Shown here: piece after piece, positions 1 through 8,432 of the stretch
Numbering within the stretch: the stretch's first letter is position 1
Layout of the letters: each line of letters starts with the position of its first letter
Notes under the pieces: generated by a model
Database searches by the model: none
What the model saw: the letters and a program-made list of their open reading frames with translations, nothing else
Told to the model about the DNA's origin: nothing
Position numbers and translations under genes: made by a program
NCBI GenBank assembly: GCA_965218295.1
Contig: CBDCKN010000003.1
Span: 416,001 to 480,000 of the forward strand
DNA length: 64,000 nucleotides
Source: Longimicrobiales bacterium
GTDB taxonomy: Bacteria; Gemmatimonadota; Gemmatimonadetes; Longimicrobiales; Gaopeijiaceae
Reading direction: 5' to 3'

Positions 1-23
1 CCCAGACCGGGAACCACCTCCTG

Positions 24-2117
24 GTGGGCTCGACGACCCTCGAGACGGTCTACGTCTTCGAGAAGGACGCGAGCGACGCCTGGCGGGAGACCCAGAAGTT
101 GCAGGCAAGGGACGGCACTGAGGGTGACTACATCGGACGGCTCGCCGCCGTGGACGGTGACAACGTCCTCATGGCCACCTGGGCCCATGCCGAAGGCCGT
201 GGCGCCGTTTACGTCTTCCACCGCGACACCTCCACCGGTCGCTGGAGCGAATCCGCCAAGCTCATGGGGAGCGACATCGAGCCCAATGATTGGTTCGGGA
301 TGTCGCTGGCCATCGAAGGCGATGTGGTGCTGATCGGCTCACCCCGGAAGGACGGCAATACCGGTGCCGTGTACGTCTTCCGCCTCGAAGAGACGGGCGC
401 GTGGACGGAGCAGGCCAAGCTGACGGGGGCGGGCACCGCCGCAAACAGCCGCTTCGGCTCGTCGGTGGCCCTGAGGGCCGGTCGCGCCATCATCGGCGCG
501 GCCACCCATCAGCAGGGTGTGGGAAGGGCCTTCGCGTACACCTTCGATGAGGACTCAGAGGAGTGGGAGCCGGGACCGACGCTGAAGCCGTTCGACGGCG
601 GAACGCCGGGCACGCAGTTTGGGGCCTCCGTCTATTACGGCCAGGACGAGGTGTGGTTCGGCGCCCCTGGAGCGTCGGGCTTCAAGGGTCGGATCTACGC
701 CATGACCCAGGACGCCACCGGCGAGTGGACGAACGCCACGAAGATGTCAGCCGGCGAGCTCGACGGGGGCGATCAGTTCGGTGGCACGTTCGCCGTCAGC
801 GGCGACGTTGCCGTGGTCGGCGTCGTCGGAGACGACTATGGCTTGGGCACGGCCACGATCTTCGAGCGGACCGATGACGGATGGTCCGAAGCCGCGAACG
901 TATTCAGCGAGCCCATCAGCTTGGAGGCCGTCACAGGAGATCAGGTGGATTGCTCGGAAGGTACCGCGACCCTCTTCGATTGCAGCGATATCGACATGCT
1001 CTCGTTCGTTCCCGTCCAGGATCTGGGCGGGAGACGGGGCGTTCAGGTGAACGACCTCTGGGGCTGGACCGACCCGGAGTCGCGTCGGGAGTACGCCCTG
1101 GTCGGCCGCTACGACGGCACATCGTTCGTCGACGTGAGCGACCCCTCCAACCCCCGGTACCTCGGGAATCTGCCTTTGACGGAAGGGGCCCAGGGCAACT
1201 CCTGGAGAGACATCAAGGTCTTCGACAATCACGCCTTCATCGTCGCCGACGGCGCTGGACAGCACGGCATGCAGGTCTTCGACCTGACGAAGCTCAGGAA
1301 CGTGAACGACGCGCCCGTGACGTTCGAGGAAGACGCCCATTACAGCCGCCTCGCGAGCGCCCACAACATCGTCATCAACGAGGACACCGGCTTCGCCTAT
1401 GCGGTGGGAGTCAGCTCGGGCGGCGAGACGTGTGGTGGTGGCCTCCACATGATCAACATCCAGGATCCGCTGACACCCATCTTCGCGGGCTGCTTCCAGG
1501 ATCTGTCGACCGGGAGACAGAACACCGGGTACAGCCACGACGCGCAGTGCATCACCTACCACGGGCCCGATGAGGAGCACAGCGGACAGGAGATCTGCTT
1601 CGGGGCCAACGAGACGGCGCTGAGCATCGCCGACGTGACGGACAAGGCAGCCCCGGTTGCACTGTCCAAGGCCACCTACCCCAACGTCGGGTACACGCAT
1701 CAGGGCTGGATCGATGAGGAGCACGAGTACTTCTACATGAACGACGAGCTCGACGAGATCGGCGGTGGCGTCGAGCAGACCAGAACTCTGGTATGGGACA
1801 TCAAGGATCTGGACGACCCGATCCTGGTCAAGGAATACTTCGCCGACAACACCTCGTCGGACCACAACCTCTACATCCGCGGTGACCTCATGTATCAGTC
1901 CAACTACATGAGCGGACTGCGGATCCTGGATATCTCGGATCGCGAGAACCCCGAGGTCGTCGGGTTCTTCGATACGGTTCCGTGGTCGCCCGACGCCCCC
2001 GGATTCGACGGATCGTGGAGCAACTATCCGTACTTCGAGAGCGGTATCATCGTGGTAAACAGTGGCGCGGAAGGGATGTTCATCCTGCGGAAGCGGGAGC
2101 GGAACCTGATCCCCTGA
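24..2117 (+). CDS. Choice-of-anchor B family protein with N-terminal FG-GAP-like repeats (5'-truncated by the window edge)
   Basis: Repeated FG.S(V/L)A....G......GAVYVF motifs; C-terminal NDLWGWTDP, WRDIKV, HNIVINE, YTHQGW, DHNLY, GSWSNYPY motifs. Confidence 0.8.
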   Translation: MGSTTLETVYVFEKDASDAWRETQKLQARDGTEGDYIGRLAAVDGDNVLMATWAHAEGRGAVYVFHRDTSTGRWSESAKLMGSDIEPNDWFGMSLAIEGDVVLIGSPRKDGNTGAVYVFRLEETGAWTEQAKLTGAGTAANSRFGSSVALRAGRAIIGAATHQQGVGRAFAYTFDEDSEEWEPGPTLKPFDGGTPGTQFGASVYYGQDEVWFGAPGASGFKGRIYAMTQDATGEWTNATKMSAGELDGGDQFGGTFAVSGDVAVVGVVGDDYGLGTATIFERTDDGWSEAANVFSEPISLEAVTGDQVDCSEGTATLFDCSDIDMLSFVPVQDLGGRRGVQVNDLWGWTDPESRREYALVGRYDGTSFVDVSDPSNPRYLGNLPLTEGAQGNSWRDIKVFDNHAFIVADGAGQHGMQVFDLTKLRNVNDAPVTFEEDAHYSRLASAHNIVINEDTGFAYAVGVSSGGETCGGGLHMINIQDPLTPIFAGCFQDLSTGRQNTGYSHDAQCITYHGPDEEHSGQEICFGANETALSIADVTDKAAPVALSKATYPNVGYTHQGWIDEEHEYFYMNDELDEIGGGVEQTRTLVWDIKDLDDPILVKEYFADNTSSDHNLYIRGDLMYQSNYMSGLRILDISDRENPEVVGFFDTVPWSPDAPGFDGSWSNYPYFESGIIVVNSGAEGMFILRKRERNLIP

Positions 2118-2150
2118 ACTACTCCATTTGAACGACTAAGACGCATCGCG

Positions 2151-2822
2151 CTAACCCAGACTGTGAATGCCGCATTCCGTTCGGACCCGTCCCCTCCACC
2201 TGCCAGCCCGCTCGTGCTCGCCTGAGGACACGGGCGTCGTCAGAGGCTCGTCGCCGACGCTGGCATAGCCGAGATCATGCAGGGGGTTGTACGGCACATC
2301 GTTGGATCGAATGAACGACCAGACTTCGTCACCGGTCCAAGACGCCAACGGATTGATCTTCACTCGATGGTTGATCTCTACATGTTGGAGACCGGCACGG
2401 CTGGACGACTGGTCCCGTCGCCGTCCCGTGATCCAACCCTGGACGCCACGGAGGGCCCGCTTCATGGGTCTGACCCTGGTGAGCTCATGAAAGTGATCGA
2501 GATCCCGCTCCCAGAGACGCTCCCCGTGGGCCCGCTCGAAGTCTTCTCGAGACTCGGCTGCCCGGTAGAATCGCACGTCGAGGCCGTAGTGGGCCTTCAC
2601 CCGCTCGGCATGCTCGAGAGTCTCGGGGAAGTGATGAAGGGTGTCGATGAACACGACCGGGACTTCTGGCGCGATCTCGGCCAGGAGGTGGATAGTCACC
2701 ATTCCCGTGGGCCCGAAGGACGTGCATAGGACGAGGTGATCCCTTGCCACGTTCTCCACCGCCCACCGGATGATCTCCGAGGGATGCCAACGCTCCAACT
2801 GCGAGACCAGTGTCTCCGCCAT
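2151..2822 (-). CDS. cysH: Phosphoadenosine phosphosulfate (PAPS/APS) reductase
   Basis: TSFG, FIDTLHHFPET, WITGRRRDQ, KINPLASW, YNPLHDLGY, ERAGRW, C-terminal ECGIH; AAGGAG RBS before the ATG at 2822. Confidence 0.92.
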   Translation of the reverse strand: MAETLVSQLERWHPSEIIRWAVENVARDHLVLCTSFGPTGMVTIHLLAEIAPEVPVVFIDTLHHFPETLEHAERVKAHYGLDVRFYRAAESREDFERAHGERLWERDLDHFHELTRVRPMKRALRGVQGWITGRRRDQSSSRAGLQHVEINHRVKINPLASWTGDEVWSFIRSNDVPYNPLHDLGYASVGDEPLTTPVSSGEHERAGRWRGRVRTECGIHSLG

Positions 2823-2860
2823 CGTTCTCCTTGTGCTCCCCCGGGGTCGCCCCCGAGATG

Positions 2861-2900
2861 AAATAGAAAAAAGGACCGCCGGTGTGCTCCGGCGGCCCTT
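2861..2900 (-). terminator. Intrinsic terminator T2 in the cysH leader
   Basis: Minus strand AAGGGCCGCCGG-AGCACA-CCGGCGGTCCTT followed by TTTTCTATTT (12-bp stem, one G-U). Confidence 0.85.
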
Positions 2901-2917
2901 CCTGGCCCTGGTTCGCC

Positions 2918-2956
2918 AAAAAGAAGACACCACCGGGAGGCTCCGGTGGCGTCTTC
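2918..2956 (-). terminator. Intrinsic terminator T1 in the cysH leader
   Basis: Minus strand GAAGACGCCACCGG-AGCCTC-CCGGTGGTGTCTTC followed by TTTTT (14-bp stem, one G-U). Confidence 0.85.
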
Positions 2957-2980
2957 GGGACGGTCAGCGCATGATATGTA

Positions 2981-3052
2981 TCAGTGCGCCCCCCGATGCC
3001 CCACCGGGCTCGGTTGGCAACAACACCGACAACAACAGCATGTGAGTCGCAT
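2981..3052 (-). CDS. Cys-rich attenuator leader peptide MRLTCCCCRCCCQPSPVGHRGAH (23 aa)
   Basis: 7 Cys codons in 8 consecutive positions; GAAGGA RBS 8 nt before the ATG; lies between a promoter and two terminators upstream of cysH. Confidence 0.88.
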   Translation of the reverse strand: MRLTCCCCRCCCQPSPVGHRGAH

Positions 3053-3085
3053 TGACAGCGTCCTTCGTAGTGGCTTGAACAGGTA

Positions 3086-3113
3086 ACACTAACCAGCGGG
3101 ATCGATCTGTCAA
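3086..3113 (-). promoter_or_regulatory. Sigma70-type promoter for the cys leader/cysH
   Basis: Minus strand TTGACA-N16-TAGTGT. Confidence 0.6.
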
Positions 3114-3140
3114 GACCGGACCGAAGTTGTGATCCGTCAT

Positions 3141-3168
3141 TTGACATGACGCACAGATTCGCTATCGT
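3141..3168 (+). promoter_or_regulatory. Sigma70-type promoter for the pro leader/proCBA
   Basis: TTGACA-N16-TATCGT. Confidence 0.6.
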
Positions 3169-3206
3169 CCCACTTGATCACGTGGACCTTTTCGACTGGA
3201 CAGACC

Positions 3207-3302
3207 GTGAACCAGCACGCACGACCGCTACGCCGACCGCGAAACCAACGTCCGTTTCCTAGGGAGCAGGCGCGTCGTGTCTTGCGTGGGGAGAACCGAT
3301 AG
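3207..3302 (+). CDS. Putative Arg/Pro-rich leader peptide MNQHARPLRRPRNQRPFPREQARRVLRGENR (31 aa)
   Basis: GTG start with GGA 6 nt upstream; 10 Arg and 4 Pro codons; its 3' part can pair with the segment leading into the downstream terminator. Confidence 0.5.
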   Translation: MNQHARPLRRPRNQRPFPREQARRVLRGENR

Positions 3303-3333
3303 AGCCACCTTCGACCCCAGAAACGCGACGTTC

Positions 3334-3368
3334 GCCGGCCTCCGTTCCAGGAGCCGGCTTTCTTGTTT
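3334..3368 (+). terminator. Intrinsic terminator directly upstream of proC (attenuator)
   Basis: GCCGGC(C)TCC-GTTCCA-GGAGCCGGC followed by TTTCTTGTTT. Confidence 0.7.
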
Positions 3369-3382
3369 CCAAGAGGTTTTCG

Positions 3383-4228
3383 ATGTCCGCAGACAAAGCA
3401 ACCGAATCATCGTCCACCACCCTGGCTATTCTCGGCGGCGGCAATCTGGGCCAGGCACTTGTACGCGGCTGGGTACGCAGCGGGACGCTGCGGCCCGATC
3501 AGATCCACGTCACTCGCCGGCGTCCGGACGGGCTGGAGGAGTTGGCCGGGGAGGGTTTCGCGGTCGGGACCGATAATCGCGTTGCCATCCAAGGAGCCGG
3601 TACGATTCTGATTGCGGTTCAGCCTCAACAGATCGCGGATCTGCTCGAGGAGATCCGGGACGATCTCGATCCCGGCCGACACAAGGTCATCTCGGTGGTC
3701 TCCGGCGTGACTATCGCCCAGTTGCGGGAGATGATCCCGGCTCCAATTCCGGTGGTCCGAGCCATGCCGAACACGGCCGTCTCGATCGGAGAGTCCATGA
3801 CGTGCCTCTCGGCCGGCCCCGACTCGATCGGCGGCCTCGACGAGGCGGAGGCCCTCTTCGACGGAGTGGGACTCACGCTCCGGATCGAGGACGAGATGAT
3901 GCTCGGAGCCACGGCTCTGTGCGCGTGCGGGGTAGCGTTCTTTCTTCGATCCGTTCGGGCGGCCTCCCAGGGCGGTATCGAGATCGGCTTCCACCCCGAA
4001 GACGCTCTCCTGCTTGCGGCGCAGACCGCGAGGGGAGCCGCTTCGCTCACCCTCCGCGAGAACCATCATCCCGAGTCGGAAATCGACCGGGTCACGACGC
4101 CACGGGGCTGCACGATCGCAGGGCTCAACGAGATGGAACATCAGGGTTTCAGCTCGGCGATGATCAAAGGCTTCATTCTTTCCGCCCGCAAGGCCGGTGT
4201 CCTCTTCGACGACGGGGACGCCGCGTGA
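3383..4228 (+). CDS. proC: Pyrroline-5-carboxylate reductase
   Basis: ILGGGNLG, AVQPQ, RAMPNT, VTTPRGCTIAGL; operon context. Confidence 0.93.
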   Translation: MSADKATESSSTTLAILGGGNLGQALVRGWVRSGTLRPDQIHVTRRRPDGLEELAGEGFAVGTDNRVAIQGAGTILIAVQPQQIADLLEEIRDDLDPGRHKVISVVSGVTIAQLREMIPAPIPVVRAMPNTAVSIGESMTCLSAGPDSIGGLDEAEALFDGVGLTLRIEDEMMLGATALCACGVAFFLRSVRAASQGGIEIGFHPEDALLLAAQTARGAASLTLRENHHPESEIDRVTTPRGCTIAGLNEMEHQGFSSAMIKGFILSARKAGVLFDDGDAA

Positions 4229-5505
4229 CCGTCACCACGGAAGCCGGCCGGGACTTCGGCGCACTCCGCCGGATCGTGGTTAAAGTCGGGAGCAGCATCA
4301 TCGCGCCCGCGGGGCGGCTCGATTCGCTCGTCATCGAGCGTATCGCCAAGGACGTCACGGCACTGCGTGACGAGGGCCTTGAGGTCGTACTGGTCGTGTC
4401 GGGTGCTGTCGCGGCAGGATACCTCGGAATGGGAAGGAATCAGCCCCCGACAACGGTCGTCGAACGGCAAGCGGCCGCGGCGGTGGGGCAGTATCAACTC
4501 ATGACGATGTTCGCGCGGGAGTTCGAAAGGTGCGACACCGTGGTCGCGCAGCTCCTCATGATGCAGGAGGACGTCGAGGACCGGCGCCGGTTCCTGAGCG
4601 CGCGGCACACGCTGCAGGAGCTCTTGTCGCGGGGTATTCTTCCGATCATCAACGAGAACGACCCGCTCGCAGATGACGAAGCGAAGATCGGAGACAACGA
4701 CCATCTCGCGGCGCTCGTGACGAGTCTGACCACCGCCGATCTCCTCGTGATTCTGAGCACAGTCGCCGGCGTACTTCGGTTCAACGATGACGAGGAAGAG
4801 GCCACGGGCGGCGCCACCTACCATACCCCCGAGGATGCGACCAGAGAACCCGGTTGGGATGGCGCTGGAGAACCTGCTGGGGACGGCGCCGGAGAGCCCA
4901 GCAACGGTGGGGAGGATAACGACCGGGCACTCCCCGCCGAGGTGATCAGCACCATCGAAGTCGGCTCTGAGATCGACCGCCACATCACCGATGACCAGAG
5001 TGAGACCGGTGTAGGAGGGATGAGGGCGAAAGTCCGGGCAGCGAGATTGGCGAGTGACTGGGGGGTCCCAACCGTGATCGCCTCGGGCAAGGAGCCCGGA
5101 CTCCTCACACGCGTCGTGAACGGCGAAGAAGTCGGATCGCTCTTCGTACCGGGGACCAAGCGCCTCACGGAGCGCAAGCGGTGGATCGCCATCCGTACCC
5201 GTTCGCGGGGATCGATCGTCGTGGACGACGGCGCTAAGCGCGCGCTCGTCGAACGTGGGGCCAGCCTCCTGCCCATCGGCATCGTCGACGTCGAGGGCGA
5301 CTTCGGGATCGGTGAGCGTGTCGACTTGGTCGATGGAGACCGGGCGGCCTTTGCCGTGGGTCTCGTTTCGTACCCGGCGTCTGAGATTCAGCGCATGAAG
5401 GGACGGCAAAGTGAAGAGTTCAAGGAAGTGCTGGGGTACAGGTACGTGGAGGAGATCGTACATCGAGAGGATCTGGTTTTACTCGACCTGAAGACCAACG
5501 ACTGA
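4225..5505 (+). CDS. proB: Glutamate 5-kinase with PUA domain
   Basis: VVKVGSS, SGAVAAG, AAAAVGQ, PIINEND, GDNDHLAA, GVGGMRAK, RKRWI; GTG overlaps the proC stop (GTGA). Confidence 0.93.
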   Translation: MTVTTEAGRDFGALRRIVVKVGSSIIAPAGRLDSLVIERIAKDVTALRDEGLEVVLVVSGAVAAGYLGMGRNQPPTTVVERQAAAAVGQYQLMTMFAREFERCDTVVAQLLMMQEDVEDRRRFLSARHTLQELLSRGILPIINENDPLADDEAKIGDNDHLAALVTSLTTADLLVILSTVAGVLRFNDDEEEATGGATYHTPEDATREPGWDGAGEPAGDGAGEPSNGGEDNDRALPAEVISTIEVGSEIDRHITDDQSETGVGGMRAKVRAARLASDWGVPTVIASGKEPGLLTRVVNGEEVGSLFVPGTKRLTERKRWIAIRTRSRGSIVVDDGAKRALVERGASLLPIGIVDVEGDFGIGERVDLVDGDRAAFAVGLVSYPASEIQRMKGRQSEEFKEVLGYRYVEEIVHREDLVLLDLKTND

Positions 5506-5570
5506 GAGAGTTTCGACGACGGCGCCGACGCGGCCGACCGGGATGGCTTGAACAACAGGGAGAACAGGGG

Positions 5571-6815
5571 ATGAGTGAGGTACGGACGGCGGCCGAGGCC
5601 GCACGGGACGCCGCACAGCATGTGGCGACGCTCACGACCGAGCGGAAGAACAACTACCTGCGTGATTTGGCGGGAGCGCTCGTCGCCGCGGAGGAGGACA
5701 TCCTCCGAGCCAACGCCGGGGACATCGCACGCGCTGAAGAGGATGGACTGTCGACGCCTAAGCTCAAGCGACTGGGCATCACAGCAGAAAGTCTCGGGCA
5801 GATGGCGGAGGGACTGAGGCAGGTCGCGGACCTCGACGACCCGGTCGCACAGGTCACGCGGGACCAGACACTCGAGAACGGTCTCCGCGTAACGCGAGTG
5901 CGCTGTCCGCTCGGCGTCGTGATGATGATCTACGAGTCACGCCCCAACGTAACGATCGACGCTTTCTCCCTTTGCTTCAAGTCCGGTAACGCCTGCATCC
6001 TCAAAGGGGGCAAAGAAGCCCAAGCGAGCAACGAAGCGCTCGCCGAAGTGATCCACGCCACGCTTCGCGAGCAGGGGCTGCCCGAGGAAGCACTCGTGCT
6101 GGTGGGGTCCGGCGGACGGGAGGCCGTCGCCGAGCTGCTCACCTTCGACGACTGCATCGATCTGGTCATCCCCCGCGGCGGCGAGACGCTGATCCGCTAT
6201 GTGAGTCAAACTTCCTCCATTCCAACCCTGCAGCATTTCCATGGGATCTGCCACGTGTACGTCGACGCTGACGCGAACCTCCCTAGTGCCTTGGAGATTT
6301 CGGTCACGGGCAAGACCTCTGCGGCGGCCACCTGCAACGCGACCGAGGCGGTCCTGGTGCATAAGGACGTGGCGACGACGTTCTTGCCCGATCTCGTCGC
6401 GGCCTACCAGGAGGCGAGCGTCGAGGTACGAGGCGACGAGGCCGTGCGCGCCATCGCCCCGAATGTGACGGCCGCCGCGCCGGACGACTGGGGCAGGGAG
6501 TTCCTCGATCTGATCGTGGCGGTGAAGGTCGTTCCCGACATGGACGCGGCCATCGATCACATCCGCCGCTTCGGCTCCGATCATACCGACACCATCGTCA
6601 CTGAGAACGCGGAGACTGCCGCGGCGTTCACGCAGCGGGTCCAGTCGTCCTGCACGCTGGTGAACGCTTCGACGCGCTTCAACGACGGGTTTCAGCTTGG
6701 CATGGGCGCCGAGATCGGCATCAGCACGTCCCGTGTCCATGCCTACGGGCCGATGGGCCTGGAGGAGCTGACCTCACAACGGTTCGTGGTCGAGGGGGCT
6801 GGGCACGTACGGTGA
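5571..6815 (+). CDS. proA: Gamma-glutamyl phosphate reductase
   Basis: PLGVVMMIYESRPNVT, LVIPRGG, CNATE, NASTRFNDG, EIGISTSRVHAYGPMGL. Confidence 0.95.
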   Translation: MSEVRTAAEAARDAAQHVATLTTERKNNYLRDLAGALVAAEEDILRANAGDIARAEEDGLSTPKLKRLGITAESLGQMAEGLRQVADLDDPVAQVTRDQTLENGLRVTRVRCPLGVVMMIYESRPNVTIDAFSLCFKSGNACILKGGKEAQASNEALAEVIHATLREQGLPEEALVLVGSGGREAVAELLTFDDCIDLVIPRGGETLIRYVSQTSSIPTLQHFHGICHVYVDADANLPSALEISVTGKTSAAATCNATEAVLVHKDVATTFLPDLVAAYQEASVEVRGDEAVRAIAPNVTAAAPDDWGREFLDLIVAVKVVPDMDAAIDHIRRFGSDHTDTIVTENAETAAAFTQRVQSSCTLVNASTRFNDGFQLGMGAEIGISTSRVHAYGPMGLEELTSQRFVVEGAGHVR

Positions 6816-8432
6816 CAAGGCCGGAGCGAGATCGCAGCAAGGGCCTTTGGTTGCAGTGGGTCTCAGCTACGTTGACTGATCATGAGGACCGGGCACCCTA
6901 TGGCCTGGGCGATCTCCAGCATTTTCTCACCGAAGACCTTCCGCCGTCTGTCGATCCGTTTGAGGCCGAGGATCACCAGATCACTTCCGGCCGCCCTGTC
7001 AACGACTTCTGCCACCACGTCGTCGCTCATGACCACGACTCCTTGGCTCACCCCCGGAGCCTCGTCCTGCGCCAGCTTTCGGAGCTCGTGATCGGCCCGA
7101 CGGACGGTCTCGCGGTTCGCACTCGCGGGCAGGACACGCAGGAACGTCACCTCTCGCTCGTCGCTCTGGGAGAGGCTGCCCAGGAGGCGCGCGCGAATCG
7201 GGCTCTGGAACCTTGCACCCCCCGAGGGGACCAGGATCCTCCTCGCCTCGAAGAGGTCCCAACCAGTGGGGGCCCCCAGAATGACCACATCGGCATCGAC
7301 CCTTCCGATCAGTCGCTCCAGCGGCCCAGCCATGAGCGACTTGCCCAGTTGGCCGACACCGAGGAGCAGACTCTCACAGCGGGTCCGTGCCGCCACCCGA
7401 GCGATCTCTTTCCAGGGGTCGTCACTGATGGTGATCAACGCCTCGGGCCTGAGGTCGGCCGAGAGGGCTTTGGAGAGCGCACCGCCCAGTATGGACTGCG
7501 CGTCCACCAGCTGGCGCGGCAAGCCGTCGGCGGGCCACTCGTCCGGCTGGCCGACCACCGAGAGGAGGAGAACCCGTGACACGGATCGGGGCGCCAGCGC
7601 GTGGGCCATGGTCACCAGGATTTCCGTGCTGGCGGGATTGGCGATCGGCACGAGAGTCAAGGGGTTACGGCCCCGCAAACGCATGAGCTGCGGATCGAGG
7701 GCCTCCGACGAGGCATCCACCACCCGGGCCCCATGTGCGAACTGGGTTAAGTACAGGATGGCACCGAGGCTCAGCCACAGAGCTGCCAGAACGCCCGCAG
7801 AGGGCACCGCCAGAGCCTGGAACATCGCCAGAGAGAGGCACGCCACGCCGCCGACAGCCGGAATCAGCGGAAACGCTGGGGTCTGGAACGGGCCGGCGTC
7901 GCCCGCCCGCGTTCGAACGAGATAGGCGATCCCGTGGGCGATGGCGAAGCTGGTCAGAAAGATGAGTCCCGACATCGCGCCCGCCGCCGCCACGTCGGGG
8001 ACCGCGATCAGCAGGAACCCCACGGTGACCCCGGTCAGCTGGATGGCGCGCACGGGCGTGCCCCGATCGGGAGTCACGTGGTCCAGCCACCGCGGCAGGG
8101 TGCGGTGCGACGCCATGGTCCTGGCAAACCGCGACGCAGCCAGCAGGTTGGCATGCAGCGCGGAGAGCATGGATAAGACACCCGCCACGACGATCAGCCA
8201 ATAACCGGAAGGACCGAGAAAATTGCCTACGGCTACCGCCACCAGGATCTCCGGGTTCTCCCCGGCCAGGGCGGCGATGGACTGGCCCGGCGCGCCGACC
8301 GCGACGATCAGGAACAGCAGCGGGAGGTAGATAACGAGGGCTACACCGAGAGAGAGCAACATGGCTCGAGGAATCGTTTGGTGATTGTAACCCTGTTGCA
8401 CGGGATACTGCGCATCAGTTAGCTTCCGGTGC

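Noticed and set aside
2981..3052. Cys-rich peptide as a metallothionein or RiPP precursor
   Set aside because: No modifying enzymes are nearby; its position and pairing with terminators ahead of cysH fit attenuation better.
3802..4224. N-terminal extension of ProB
   Set aside because: It overlaps proC out of frame; the GTGA coupling at 4225 gives a normal start.
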